Shown piece by piece: positions 13,731 through 25,620 of a DNA stretch of 64,000 bases. Both the position numbers and the translations under genes were made by a program. This stretch comes from Ranitomeya imitator. Taxonomy: Eukaryota. The notes beneath the pieces are model-generated. The model was given only the letters and a program-made list of their open reading frames with translations, was not told where the DNA came from and did no database searches. Position 1 is the first letter of the stretch, and each line of letters opens with the position of its first letter. The stretch lies in contig NC_091282.1 in NCBI RefSeq assembly GCF_032444005.1, forward strand, positions 72,354,001 to 72,418,000, given 5' to 3'.

Positions 13731-14502
13731 TGTTGTGAATTCTGCTTTTGGGTTCCCTCCAGTGGTTGTAGGTGGTAATGCAGTTGTCCCTGGCTTGCAG
13801 TCCTGGTCAGGTGTATCTGCTGATTGCAGTTCTGACTGGGATACTTAGATGTGCAGGATTCATTAGTCCTTTCCAGTTGTCCATGGTTCTGGGAGGTTTT
13901 GGATGTTTGTCTGGTTCCTCCTGCCTTGCTGCCAATTCAGCAAAGATAAGTGTCTGGTTTTCGTTTCTGTGGCACACATGCTGTGTGCTTAATAATTCTG
14001 TGCTTTTCATTTATTTTCTCTTGTCCAGCTTAGATTGTGTCAGTGTTTTCTCAGTCTTGTTGGATTCTCAGGAGTTGCAGATATACGCTCCACATCTTTA
14101 GTTAGAGGGTGGAATTTTTTGTATTATCTGCTGTGGATATTTTTTGGAAGGGTTTTAATACTGACCGCTTAGTATTCTGTCCTATCCTTTCCTATCTAGC
14201 TAGAGTGGCCTCTTTTGCTAAATCCTGTTTCCTGCCTGCGTGTGTCTTTCTTCTACTACTCACAGTCAATATTTGTGGGGGGCTGCCTATCCTTTGGGGT
14301 TCTGCTCTGAGGCAAGGAAGAATTCCTACTTCCATCTATAGGGGTATTTAGTCCTCCGGCTGTGTCGAGTTGTCTGGGATTTGTTAGGCACACCCCACGG
14401 CTACTTCTAGTTGCAGTGTTAAGTTCAGGATTTGCGGTCAGTACAGTTTCCACCAACTCCAGAGAAAGTTCCATGCGGCTCCAAGGTCACCGGATCATAA
14501 CA
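13731..14502. mobile_element. Solo LTR (772 bp) of an LTR retrotransposon
   Basis: TGTT...AACA termini flanked by a perfect 6-bp direct repeat gggaga (13725-30, 14503-08). No internal coding sequence. Confidence 0.85.
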
Positions 14503-14783
14503 GGGAGACCACAATAACAGAATAGGAACACACGATATGGCGAAACAGATATAGACACCTGACAAACACTAATCCGCTCTTTGGACATCCCTTGTGTCTC
14601 TTTTGCAGCCATCACTCTACTGGGAAGACTGTTCACAAGATCTGAGTGGGTGCCAGAATTTGTGCCTATTTAGCCAAAAAAGCATTTGTGAGATCAGACA
14701 CTGGTGATAGAGGAGAAGGTCGGGCTACTAATCAGTGCTCCAGTTCAGGGGATCGAGTTTTTCCACTAATGACCCACACTTAA

Positions 14784-15083
14784 GGACCCCCATACACATT
14801 AGACTAATGTTGGCCGAACCCGCCGATATCAACAAGTTCACTTGACGGTGTAACGTGTACGGCAGCAATGACCGATTGATGGTCAGTAGATGTCGATCGC
14901 ACATGTCCGATTTCGGACTGGTGATCGCATTGTTCTCCCAGAGATAAGACGGCGGCTTTCTCATAGAGAACACAGGAGCGCTGGTCCGAACGAGAGCTCC
15001 CGTCTATGGAAGAGTCAACCAAGATGGCTGTAAGCTGAAGCACCATTTATTTGGCCGACAGACATCTAATGTATATGGCCGTC
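14784..15083. mobile_element. TTAA-flanked MITE
   Basis: TTAA at 14780-83 and 15084-87, with imperfect inverted ends (ccatacacattaga / tctaatgtatatgg). Confidence 0.65.
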
Positions 15084-15279
15084 TTAATGCCAATGTTCGC
15101 TTACAGAAGTTACGAGTGTTGGATATTATGCACCCGCTTCCAATGGTTGTGACCTAAACAGCTGAACTCAAGATATGGAAGAAGGAGGGTCACATACTTT
15201 TAGCCATACAGTGCAGGTATTTTTAGTCCCCCCCTACCACTTCATTCCCTTAAAGACAAGCCGTGAATCTGAACTGCAT

Positions 15280-15285
15280 TTTATT
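15280..15285 (-). terminator. Candidate polyadenylation signal for the THAP-transposase gene
   Basis: AATAAA on the minus strand at the end of an AU-rich, 3'UTR-like tract ~2.1 kb downstream of the stop. An ATTAAA variant lies nearer, at ~16265-16270. Confidence 0.4.
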
Positions 15286-16655
15286 TATCATTACATAAAG
15301 AAACTCAATTTACGTTGTACAATACAACTTTACAAATCAGATTGAATATTTTTGCACAAATTTTCTAACTTGTTTTGCATGAGCACACAAGTCACATCCA
15401 AAAGTCTCAGCCTTCTGCCATTACCCATTAGAGAACCATGGATCATAAGCCCTTAAACAGTTACACCGTTCAGAACTTTTTTGCTTTTGCTTTGGATGTA
15501 ACTGGAGGATAAAAGACAGACCTCCAGATCAGTGCACACTGAAGTCATGCAAAGTATCTCCAAAGTCAGTAGAAAGGGATTCTTCCGGTGAAAACAAGTC
15601 ATTCTCTATGTGGCACCCGCAAAGAAGCCAAGCACCGAGCTTTGCAGCCACATGGAGTTACTGTTGAGCTTGAGCACAGCCACTAACAGGACTAAAAAAA
15701 AAATATTTTTTGCTTTATAATCTTTTTACTGTTTCAAGGGAATATCCAGATTTTTCACATGTTACCAAATATGGAATGAAATGTTATAAAAATAAGAGTG
15801 GGAAAAAAACATTACCTACTTCTTAACCTACTCATGACCCTAGTGGTCCTTACTGTTCCTACAGTGACGTCCCATCTCGTACTCACGTGGCCCCTGCGAG
15901 GTATGACCGTTTTCAGATCCGAGTTTTCCATGCTACGTATACAGACCACAATACACTCCTGACCCGCTGTAGGTCCGTGCATTGAGGCCCGCACATGTAT
16001 CGTGAAAAACACTCATCTGAAAGCAGATCCAATGAGGCTCACTGTTATGAATGGAGTTAGAATTATGTAAATTTTGCACCCCAATATGAGCAGTAAATTA
16101 AAACCATCCAGCTTTCTCGAGCAACTACATTCGCGCTCTTCAGGGTTTGTGGGCACATTAGAGCAAGAAGAACAAACTTATTACATTTTAGTTTTAACAT
16201 ACAAAAACAAGTACAGAGCCTAAAATTTGGGGGCATACAAGTAGTATAATATAACGCATTTTTTTTTAATTGTACATCATTGACATAATTCGTAACTCCA
16301 CCAACTGGAGTGAGTAATAGAGGGGAAGTCTCTCACGGATCACTCAAGGGATTCAAAAGACAAGTTTTTTTTTCTTAAGATTTATATAACGCTGAGTAAC
16401 TTTACAAATACTTTGTTTTACTTTTCTAATACTGATCTTATGTTCCATTGTAGTCTTACATATCAGTAACATCTGGAGCAGCATCTACCGCTCTTCTGTT
16501 ACTACAATGCACAGTATTGCACAAAGAATTGATCAAGCATTTTGGTTGCATTTTTGGCAGATGGCTTTCTTTTGACAATAAAGAGGAATAGGATCCATGA
16601 GAAAAAGTGGTTTATAGTAGGAGGCCCCCTATAGTCAGTGACTGCTTAAAGTTAA

Positions 16656-17272
16656 AGGGAACCTGTCACCCCCAAAATCGAAGGGGAGCTAAGCCCACCG
16701 GCATCAGGGGCTTATCTAAAGCATTCTGTAATGCTGTAGATAAGCCCCCGATGTATCCTGAAAGGTGAGAAAAAGAGGTTAGATTATACTCACCCAGGGG
16801 CGGTCCTGCTGCGGTCTGGTCCGATGGGCATCGCGGTCCGGGGCCTCCCATCTTCTTAGGATGACGTCCTCTTCTGGTCTTCACGCTGTGGCTCCGGCAC
16901 AGACATACTTTGTCTTCCCTGTTGAGGGCAGAGCAAAATACTGCAGTGCGCAGGCGCGAAAGGTCAGAGAGGCCCAGCACCTGCGCACTGCAGTACTTTG
17001 CTCTGTCCTCAACAGAGCAGACAAAGTATGTCTGTGCCGGAGCCACAGTGTGAAGACCAGAAGAGGACGTCATCCTAAGAAGATGGGAGGCGCTGGACCA
17101 GACCGCAACGCCCATCGGATCAGACCGCCCCTGGGTGAGTATAATCTAACCTCTTTATCTCATCTTTCAGGATACATCGAGGGCTTATCTACAGCATTAC
17201 AGAATGCTGTAGCTAAGCCCCTGGTGCCGGTGGGCTTAGCTCACCTTCGATTTTGGGGGTGACAGGTTCCCT
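16656..17272. mobile_element. T2-type (Kolobok-related) palindromic MITE
   Basis: TTAA|AGGGAACCTGTCA...TGACAGGTTCCCT|TTAA. The two ~300-bp halves are near reverse complements. Confidence 0.92.
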
Positions 17273-17419
17273 TTAAGGATTGCTGCGAGTATGCAAACCC
17301 TACTCCAGTTTTTTTCTGGAGTGTCTATGACAAGAAGAATCAAGGGGTGTAATACAAAAAATAATTAGACTTTAAAAAAAAAAAAAAAAACTAACAACAT
17401 TTCAACATGAAACACAACA

Positions 17420-19645
17420 TCAAGTATTGTCCAAGTGTGGAAGGTCCCGGTCTCTTTGTGACAGCTTTAGTAGAGCAGCAGGCTGGGCTACACTCAGCTC
17501 CATCTTGCTTTTCTTGCGCACAGAAGTAACCACTTCTCGTAATAAGTCAAAAATAAAGTCCTGGCTTTTGCGCTCATAAAGAGCTTTTACCACCAGAGAT
17601 TTACGGCCCCTGGGAAATTTGGCACAAAGTCTAGGGGCACCGACCGTTGTTGAGTCCTTTAGGGCTGCTTGGACTCTAGTTACATTTTGGTTATGATCCA
17701 ATATTGCTAGCTGGGTCCTGGCCACCATTTCGTCCATGTAAAAACGAAGCCGACTAGGTCGGTATTTTCGACATGTGCTATGGAAGATCTCCAGAGAGTC
17801 TGAATGGCAATAGAAGGATACACGCTTTAAGTCTCTCTGCACAGAAGGGCTGAGCACAATTTCTTTAAGTCTACGGTAGGCCAAGGAACCCTTCGAAAGC
17901 CACCTGGTAGGTTTGGAGCCTACATTGTGCTGGCACTTCCAGTAGTCAGAACTGGAACGCCATTCGTGCACATTATTAACATGGTACTGCAACGCATTCC
18001 AGCGATCCAACAACTCTTCTTTGTTTTCATCGCAGGTCTTCACACACCACCACAAGTGCGATTTGACGGGCAATGACCAATCCAAGAGGACTTCACAGTG
18101 TTTTTTCTTGGCCTGGAAAAGTATTTTATTATTAATGGATCTTGCCAAGTGCCAAGGGTCAACGCGGTGAACAATATTGCTATAACTATCCTTCATTATT
18201 TTCCTAACTCCGACGCCACGGTCGGTGGTTACCATTTTAACATTGACCCCTTTTTCTAAGACGCAATTCAGCGCTTTCTTAAATGTTATGTTTTTGTGGT
18301 GAGCTTGAGATAAACTGGGCAGATGTTGCTGTATGTGAAATCCAAGAATCTTTTTAGTTTCTGCATCCATCATGACACAGGTATAATACTTAGTCAAGTG
18401 GTCGGGTCGGGCGGCTTGGTAGTCCCCTGCCAGGCATACGGGCTTCTCTCTAAGGCGGGTTATAATAGACTGCTGCTCCATGAGCCAGTGACGATTTAAG
18501 GTTGGAAACAAATGTGTTAACTGGTTTTTGTAATAGGTGGATTTTTTGACAAATTTCAAGTTCAACAATTTTACCATTTGAAGAATTTTGAGGAAACTTG
18601 TGCCGCTATATAAGACAGCAGCTGATGCCAAAACATCCCCCAATGGTTGTTTGCCCAGTCTTGGCTGGCTCTCCCATATGGTTTTGGTGTGGCCGCTTGC
18701 ACATTTGACTTCTACAATTACAGATGACCCCACGAAGCTCTTTCGAACATGTGTTACACGATCCTCACATTTACTCTGTGCCTGACATGGTATCATCCCA
18801 ATAAGTTTATTAAGGCAACTTTCAAACACTATAAACTTTTTGTCACGGACGGGACTCTTGGGACCCTCGTAGATGCATCTGAATTCTTCGTTATGGGTTT
18901 CATCCTCTGCATCTTCATCGCTTTCAACGTAGAATGATTCTTCTTCCTCCTCTTCGTAGTCAGATTCATGAAAGGTACAATCAACACGTTTTGGGCATCT
19001 TCTATCCTTTAGACCTTTGTGACTACTTTCCACTCGAGTCTCATTTTGCCCTTGAAACATTCGTACTGACGTTTGAGTTTGTGCATGTTTTTTTCCAAAC
19101 TTTGGTGTCATTCCGATTCTCTCAGAATCTGTATTGGTACCTCGATCAACCACAACTTTCCACACCCTACTCGGTTCTGTGGAGATGGAAGATGGATTAT
19201 CAAAAAGCAGTGGATTATCCTCTCCTATTTGGATAGTATGGTATAATAAAGGTTTACTTGAGGTGGACGGACCTTGATCCGCCACAACCCGATAAGTCTG
19301 AGATATTTTTCTTTTTTTCCTCTTTGGACCATCTTCTTTTGGAATTACACAGTTTGGTGGTGTTCGGACAAATAGAGTTGGTATAGAATTTCTTTTCAAA
19401 GTTCGACGAAAACCATCGTTCATGTAACAATCATCAGTAAAATGCTTGGAACACATGCGATAGATATCAGAACTCTTTCCTACGATGATCTTTTCAACTG
19501 AGGCGTCCAAGTCGTTATCAAATTGACCAGTTTGCTGTAACCATTGCCTTATAATCATTGGGTTGTTTGGGAAGGAGTGCATAATGATGCCTGTACCTCT
19601 GGACTTCCATGTGTAACCACATCCTTTAACGATACATGAAGGCAT
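17420..19645 (-). CDS. THAP-domain / Kolobok-type DDE transposase-derived protein (741 aa), candidate domesticated gene
   Basis: Uninterrupted ORF. N-terminal THAP C2CH (MPSCIVKGC...MCSKHF...SIPTLF), acidic linker, C..C..C..GH finger, LAGD, TTDR, DPWH, HLWWC, LEIFHS..KY.P.R and LAILDHNQN match Kolobok transposase motifs as I recall them. A splice acceptor (ttacag|G) lies 11 nt upstream of the ATG. Confidence 0.88.
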   Translation of the reverse strand: MPSCIVKGCGYTWKSRGTGIIMHSFPNNPMIIRQWLQQTGQFDNDLDASVEKIIVGKSSDIYRMCSKHFTDDCYMNDGFRRTLKRNSIPTLFVRTPPNCVIPKEDGPKRKKRKISQTYRVVADQGPSTSSKPLLYHTIQIGEDNPLLFDNPSSISTEPSRVWKVVVDRGTNTDSERIGMTPKFGKKHAQTQTSVRMFQGQNETRVESSHKGLKDRRCPKRVDCTFHESDYEEEEEESFYVESDEDAEDETHNEEFRCIYEGPKSPVRDKKFIVFESCLNKLIGMIPCQAQSKCEDRVTHVRKSFVGSSVIVEVKCASGHTKTIWESQPRLGKQPLGDVLASAAVLYSGTSFLKILQMVKLLNLKFVKKSTYYKNQLTHLFPTLNRHWLMEQQSIITRLREKPVCLAGDYQAARPDHLTKYYTCVMMDAETKKILGFHIQQHLPSLSQAHHKNITFKKALNCVLEKGVNVKMVTTDRGVGVRKIMKDSYSNIVHRVDPWHLARSINNKILFQAKKKHCEVLLDWSLPVKSHLWWCVKTCDENKEELLDRWNALQYHVNNVHEWRSSSDYWKCQHNVGSKPTRWLSKGSLAYRRLKEIVLSPSVQRDLKRVSFYCHSDSLEIFHSTCRKYRPSRLRFYMDEMVARTQLAILDHNQNVTRVQAALKDSTTVGAPRLCAKFPRGRKSLVVKALYERKSQDFIFDLLREVVTSVRKKSKMELSVAQPAALLKLSQRDRDLPHLDNT

Positions 19646-20970
19646 GATGGATCAACCTGTAATTAAAAATAATAATGCCAATTAATATAGCAATAAAAAA
19701 AGTACAGTGGAAATATGACAGCAGGATCAGACACGTAAGTATATTAAAAAATGTGACTTTTTCACATTTGGGTCTAGTAAAATCTATTTTAATAGGTTTC
19801 TTAAAAAAAATAAAAAATTATTAATTAAATTCAACACTGGTCTGTCTTTGCCAGTACAACTAGATATGCTACATCTAAAGAGTCACTGACTAGCGCTGTA
19901 TAATTAATAATCTACAGGCATATGACAAGTGCCCGTTTTCTTACAGCGGTCCACGCACTATGTGGCCGCTTTTTATATTACAGTAAAATTCACTTCACTT
20001 GGCATCAAGTATCAGATTATCAAGCATTCTGGATTATTGGCCGTCATAGATGAGCACCATAAGGACCAGGAGAGTTTTCACTTGTTTGTTTTTTTTCTCC
20101 CCTTCTTCCAAGAGCCATGACTTTTTTTCAACTTTTCCATCAAGACAGCTTATTTTTTGCGGGAAGAACGGACACCATTATTTTTACTATACAATGAATT
20201 GGAAGATGGAAAAAGAAAAAAAAAGTGCTGTGGAATTAAAAAGAAAAACAAAACAGCAACTCAGTGGCTTTTTTTGTGCGTTTTTGTGCTCGTGACGTTT
20301 GTAATAAAAATGAACTGGTAACTTTGCTCTAGGAGTATCTAGAGATTAACTCTGGAGCACCGGATAACAAAGCCAGCACCTGCAATAAATGTAGCAGGCT
20401 CCTGTAATCCCGCTTTATGTAAGGAGTGCACACGTCCGCCATACATGTATGGCGAGGTTCCTCGGGGGAGGGACTTCAGGCTGCTGTTAGCCACGCCCCC
20501 CTGTAAAGACCATAAAAATTAACACTACATAAAAAGGCCCAAATCTCTAGAACCATAGAATGGATTTTGAAAAGGAAAAATTCAGAAAAATCAGGGGAGC
20601 AGTGGGAATAAAGTAGAAGCAGGAACTGGCCACATTTTATCTGGTGACAAGTCCTCTGTCACACACTCGCTCTGTTAATTTCCAAGCATTTGACCACTGT
20701 ACAGCCAATTATTATACTTATGCATATTCCATATTTTGTACTTACCTAGATTTACACTCCTTTGCCATTTTTTCAGTGCACTATGGGAGGTATACCAGCT
20801 GCTCCGTACACGAAGCTTCCAGTTTCTGACTTTTCATTAGCACAAGTGAACCGAAGTCTTTTATATGTATTTCTTAACACATTTACCGTAATAAAAAAGA
20901 TTTCTTAACCCTTACATTGGTTCCAAGATATCTCTTTACATTTCCTGGCTGCATTTAGAGAACTATTTAA

Positions 20971-21371
20971 AGAGGTCTTGTAACCAGGTCAAACGTGTCC
21001 CACCTTTTGCTTTTATTTTATTCCCGATGCTTCTTTGATTGTGTACTTTATTCGTATTTCTTTTTTTAAAAGTCTTCCATTTTTCTCCAGAAATATTGGC
21101 TTTTTTACTTAGAGTTAATTCTTCTTGTCTTAGGAGGGGGCGAGTTCACAGGATCCTTTGGGGCATGTCTTGTAGTCAGCTTTGCATTATTACCCTGTGA
21201 GCCACGCCCCTTTGGTTAAGGGCCTAAAAATTGGTACTAAATAAAAAGGCCCATATCTCTGGAACCGTCTGGCAGATTATTAAAAAAAAAAAAAAAAAAG
21301 AGAGAATACTCAGGGGAGCAGTGGGGATAAAATGAGCAAAAATGGCAATTTTTGACCTGATGAAGGGTCCC
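20971..21371. mobile_element. TTAA-flanked T2-type MITE
   Basis: TTAA at 20967-70 and 21372-75, with imperfect inverted arms. A related right-half fragment lies at ~20450-20670. Confidence 0.65.
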
Positions 21372-22509
21372 TTAAAGTTTTCTTTCCGGGTTCCACAGCT
21401 GTGCCCAGGGTCATGTGTCCACTGCTAGGATTCTTTTTTATGCATTTTAGATAGAACTATGGGAATCAGAAAGAAACAAAACTTCCTTTCAGTACACGGC
21501 TAACTACATTGCCAGAAACAGAAAGTTATGAAAGCACAAGGGAAAAAAAAAAAATAAAAGTTTGTCTTAAACTCTTGAGAGTACATATTTGAGATTCCAC
21601 CAAAACCTCCCATACACATTAGATGAAAATTGGCCAAGCGGATGTGTATGGCGGCCTTCAGACTGTCCACCAACAGATAAGGATCAGGCAGCTGTCATTT
21701 CGGCCCCAATCTTTTTGTTCAGGGGCAATAAGCCGCTGACATGGGGAATTTCTCAGCGGCTTTCCCCACTGTTGCCTTTTAAAGTGCATTAACACAGTCA
21801 ATCCTAACGCTCATGTGTATGGGGGAGTCAGAAGAGAACGGTCTACAGAGAAATCGTGAAACAGCTCTCATCTACGAGGGCAGACTGAAGGTGAGGAGTA
21901 ATCCGGTTAAGGTGAAGATCTGGCGATCCTCCCCAGGTGCCCATCGCAGTGAGAGTATCAGCAGGTGTCAGCTAAGTCCTATTAGGTCTACATGAATGGA
22001 CGGCACTGGATCACCAACTATCAATAGGTGTCTACTAAGTACATACACGGTTAGGTAATCCCTGCATGTGTTGCAGGCGTATATTATTCAGCCGTGGGGA
22101 CACGAACATATTTTTTGAGCACGCCGAAGAAACTCGGTTAGCACATGAGCATATTCGTTCATTACTAATATCTAAAAAAAAGTTAATATTTTAATTGTAG
22201 TATTTTCTCTGTGCGCTATACCCATTGCAGAGCCTGGTCTCAGTGTTTTGGATAAAAGTAACAAACCCTTAAAAAAAAAAAAAAATCATAATTTGAGCCA
22301 GGTCATTTTAGAAGGCTTGATGGAAAATTCAGGATTTTCATTTATACTCCTATGCTGGGTCCATCACAGGTACCCAGATATATCACATACAGAATAAAAT
22401 AAAAAAATATATATTACCTTTGCCCCTAGGTAGATCCCTTTTCTCCACAGATATTACAGTGCTACATTAAGCCTCTGTATAAACCGCTAGACTTCACCAC
22501 ACAATGTAA

Positions 22510-22911
22510 GGCTATGTTCACACGTTGCATTTCTGCTGCGTTTTTTTTCTGCACGCAAAACCTGCTCTTTTGGCAGTAGAGAAGCGGCTTTAAAAAAAAA
22601 AAACAACAAAAAAAAAAACAGGTTTTGCTGCATGTTTCATGATACAGATTAGTGCCTGTTGTTCCTGAGTTTTCTGCAGCAAAACCTCATACCTGTGATT
22701 TTTAACTTTTTAATTGCTTTCTATGGGTGAAAAAACGCAGAAAGAAGTGACATGCCGCAGTTTTAAAAAACGCAGCAATTTCCCAATTCAGTCAGAAAAA
22801 AAGAGAAACATTGTGCGTGCATGAGATTATGGAAATCTCATAGCTTTTGCTAGTAATGCAGCTTTTAATTTGCATAAAAAAGTAGCAAAAACGCAACATG
22901 TGAGCGTAGCC
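22510..22911. mobile_element. PIF/Harbinger-like MITE
   Basis: Inverted termini taa|ggctatgttcacacg ... catgtgagcgtagcc|ta. Confidence 0.65.
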
Positions 22912-23796
22912 TACGTCCGCTCTTATATATTTATTTTGTAGGATGTGTGTACTTTTGTTCCCAAAAAAATAGTCTGCAAATACCGACTAAAAACCCAATT
23001 ACAGCAAAAGTGACCAACTCCAACATGTCAGATCGTTACAAAAATCAGAATTTTCTTTATAGTTCGCTTTCTTTCCTTAAGTTTATTTTTTTATTTTAAA
23101 GGTTCTTAACACGCTCTCATCGGAGCCAAATTTTATTATTGCACACTTTGTTTCCTTACTCTTCTTCTAAGGGCCATCTTTTTTTTTCAGTCAATATTAC
23201 CGTACAAGGGCTCATTGTTTGGGAGACGGTTTGTTGTTTGGAATGCTGAGATTTTTTTATTTTTTGTTTACCATTTAAGAAATTGAATAAATTAAAAGAT
23301 GAGGAGGAAAAAATAAGTAATTTAGCTATTGTTTTAGGCTTTGGTTTGTTTTATATGGGTAAACATTGTGGTGAGAATCACCTAGCTGTAAAATTACAGA
23401 TTACGGAGATACCAAAAAGACTTTTTATTTATTTATTTACATTTCAGTAGTTTAAAAAAAATAAAAAAAAATTCTAAAACTATGAAAAAATAAAACTCTT
23501 TGTGATCATTTTTCAACTACTGGCTGTGTAAATAATGGAGGGTTTTGTCGTGGTTGTCATGGATACGTCCACTGACTGACTTAATTCTCTTCTTTGTTTT
23601 CCTTTCCATTTAGGTTAGTAGTTGTAGCCACGGCAACCAGGATAAAAAAAAAACTCCATTGTTTACACCCCAGGCAGAAAACGGTTTTCCAGTATAAGGT
23701 GGTTTACAATGAAAACCTACAGGTATGTCATGGAGGACGTCATAGAAAGAGAAAAACATTACTCTCCCGGGTACCATACTGGTGAAGGGATCAGAT

Positions 23797-23810
23797 CCAC
23801 CAGAGGGCGC
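23797..23810 (+). promoter_or_regulatory. CTCF consensus motif
   Basis: CCACCAGAGGGCGC matches the CCASYAGRKGGCRS core exactly. Occupancy is unknown. Confidence 0.45.
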
Positions 23811-24586
23811 AGTGCGGCACCAGCTACATACAATTATTTTATCCATTAATTGCCGGTACAGGGAATGATCACGGAGAGACCCCGACGGTGTATATGCCCC
23901 CGATGTGCTGCGAGGGAAGAGGACTGTGTTACTAATCACAGTCACTGAGAGTTCAATATTCGCGCCAGTCTTGCCCATGGATCGTGTCCGGTGTCACAGC
24001 GGCGCGCCAACTAAATAAATAGCAGTTTCAGCTGCAATACCACACACAACCAGGGGACAGGTGTGGTGCTGTCTCCATGTTTTTACAATCCTACCCCATG
24101 AACTAAATCCAAATGACCGATCCCGTCCCTCCTTCCACCATTCATTCACCTCCATCAGAAGCCAGCGGCTTTTATCTAATGTGCATGGGTAGGAAGAAGC
24201 CAGCCACAGACGCAAGACTTTTTCTGCAGATTGTTGGCACATCCAGCTAAATTTGGCGAGATCTGGCTTCAATGCAAAATCGCCAACATGCCACCCCATC
24301 CAAAAAAATCATGGGCCCTTAACAGTCTTCTCACATGGCCCAAAGGGATCTTTTAAGGCCCCATAGGCTGTAGAGGTCCAGAAGCGACTTCAGCCTCGGC
24401 ACCCACTATAGTTCCGCCCTTGTGTGGTGGTTCTACACATACGAAGATAAGAGGTAAGTGACACCGATCTGCAGATAGATCCCTCATGTCTAAAGGGTCA
24501 TCGGACTATAAAAGATTTAGGTATCATTAAAAGGTGTCTCTCCCAGTCATGAGCTTGTCAACCTTGCTCCTGTGCAGAAACACTCG

Positions 24587-24796
24587 CTCCTGTGATAACA
24601 CATTTACTTACCTGTTTGTTTAATCACAGGAGCGAGTGTTTCTGCAGAGTCTCCAGCCCCCTGAACTTAATCAAGTCCGCGATGTAGGCCGCTGAGCTTA
24701 TAGGTCACTGACTTGATGAGTTCAGGGAGCTGGAGACGCTGCAGAAACACTCGCTCCTGTGACTAAACACACAGGCAAGTAAATGTGCCATCACAG
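24587..24796. repeat. ~210-bp imperfect palindrome (MITE-like)
   Basis: cacaggagcgagtgtttctgcag...ctgcagaaacactcgctcctgtg arms with extended complementarity. Confidence 0.75.
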
Positions 24797-25490
24797 AAAG
24801 CAGCAGCCCCAAGACCCTGACAGGAGCTGCGGTATGTGCCGACCATGAGCGGCAGCACCTCTGCATGGCAGGAGGCTGTACGGGACCTTGCTGGACACTA
24901 CAAGCTGTAGGTTTTTTGCATCGGTTTGGGATATATATGTTATCTATAGATATTTTTTTCTCTTAAATACAATATATTTAGGGATCAAATCAGTTTTGCA
25001 ATTGGGTTTCATACAAGATTTTGCACCGGCTTTTATCGGCTCTTTATTTCCCAGCGTGTTCAACTTGGATGTGGTCAGAAAAGTCAGCGAGGAACTAAAA
25101 CAAAAAAAAAAAGCTACAAACTCTCCTGTCAGACCCTCATAGTGACGAATCCTCAGCCAGGAATAGACGATGCAATGCGGCGACAGAGAGGGAACATTGT
25201 TAATGAAACCTAAATCGAAGAAAAAGAAACAAAAACGATTTTTGCCTTTAAATACATACACTTAGATGACAAAAAAAATAAAAAAAATTTGTCTCCAAAA
25301 GGTGGACAACCCCTGTAAAGGCCCATTCAGACCTGGCCTCAAAGGGGTTAAAGAAACGCAGGGTAAAAGGAAAAAAAAGAGCTGAGATTGAGGAAAATCA
25401 CAGATATATACAATCCACAGGGGGTGAGGCTGCCCTGAGTGTGCACAGTGCCGGCGGGTGGCACAGGGTAACGTACCCGCCGCTACTCAC

Positions 25491-25620
25491 CCGCTCCTCC
25501 CGGGCACACGTCAGCCGCTCCCGCTGCCCACACAGGCACTGACACCAAACACCAGAAGCGTCGGTCAAAACTGCGGGAGGAGCGTGAGCGCCATCTAGCG
25601 CCTGGTGGACCAAACTGGCC
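25491..25620 (-). promoter_or_regulatory. Candidate CpG-rich promoter and non-coding first exon of the THAP-transposase gene
   Basis: CpG-rich patch, a consensus donor CGG|GTGAGT at 25491/25490 on the minus strand, and a CTCF-like GCGCTAGATGGCGC at 25588-25601. Confidence 0.5.

Noticed and set aside
16666-17262. Mirror-image ORFs on both strands (also 27391-27811)
   Set aside because: An artefact of palindromic MITEs.
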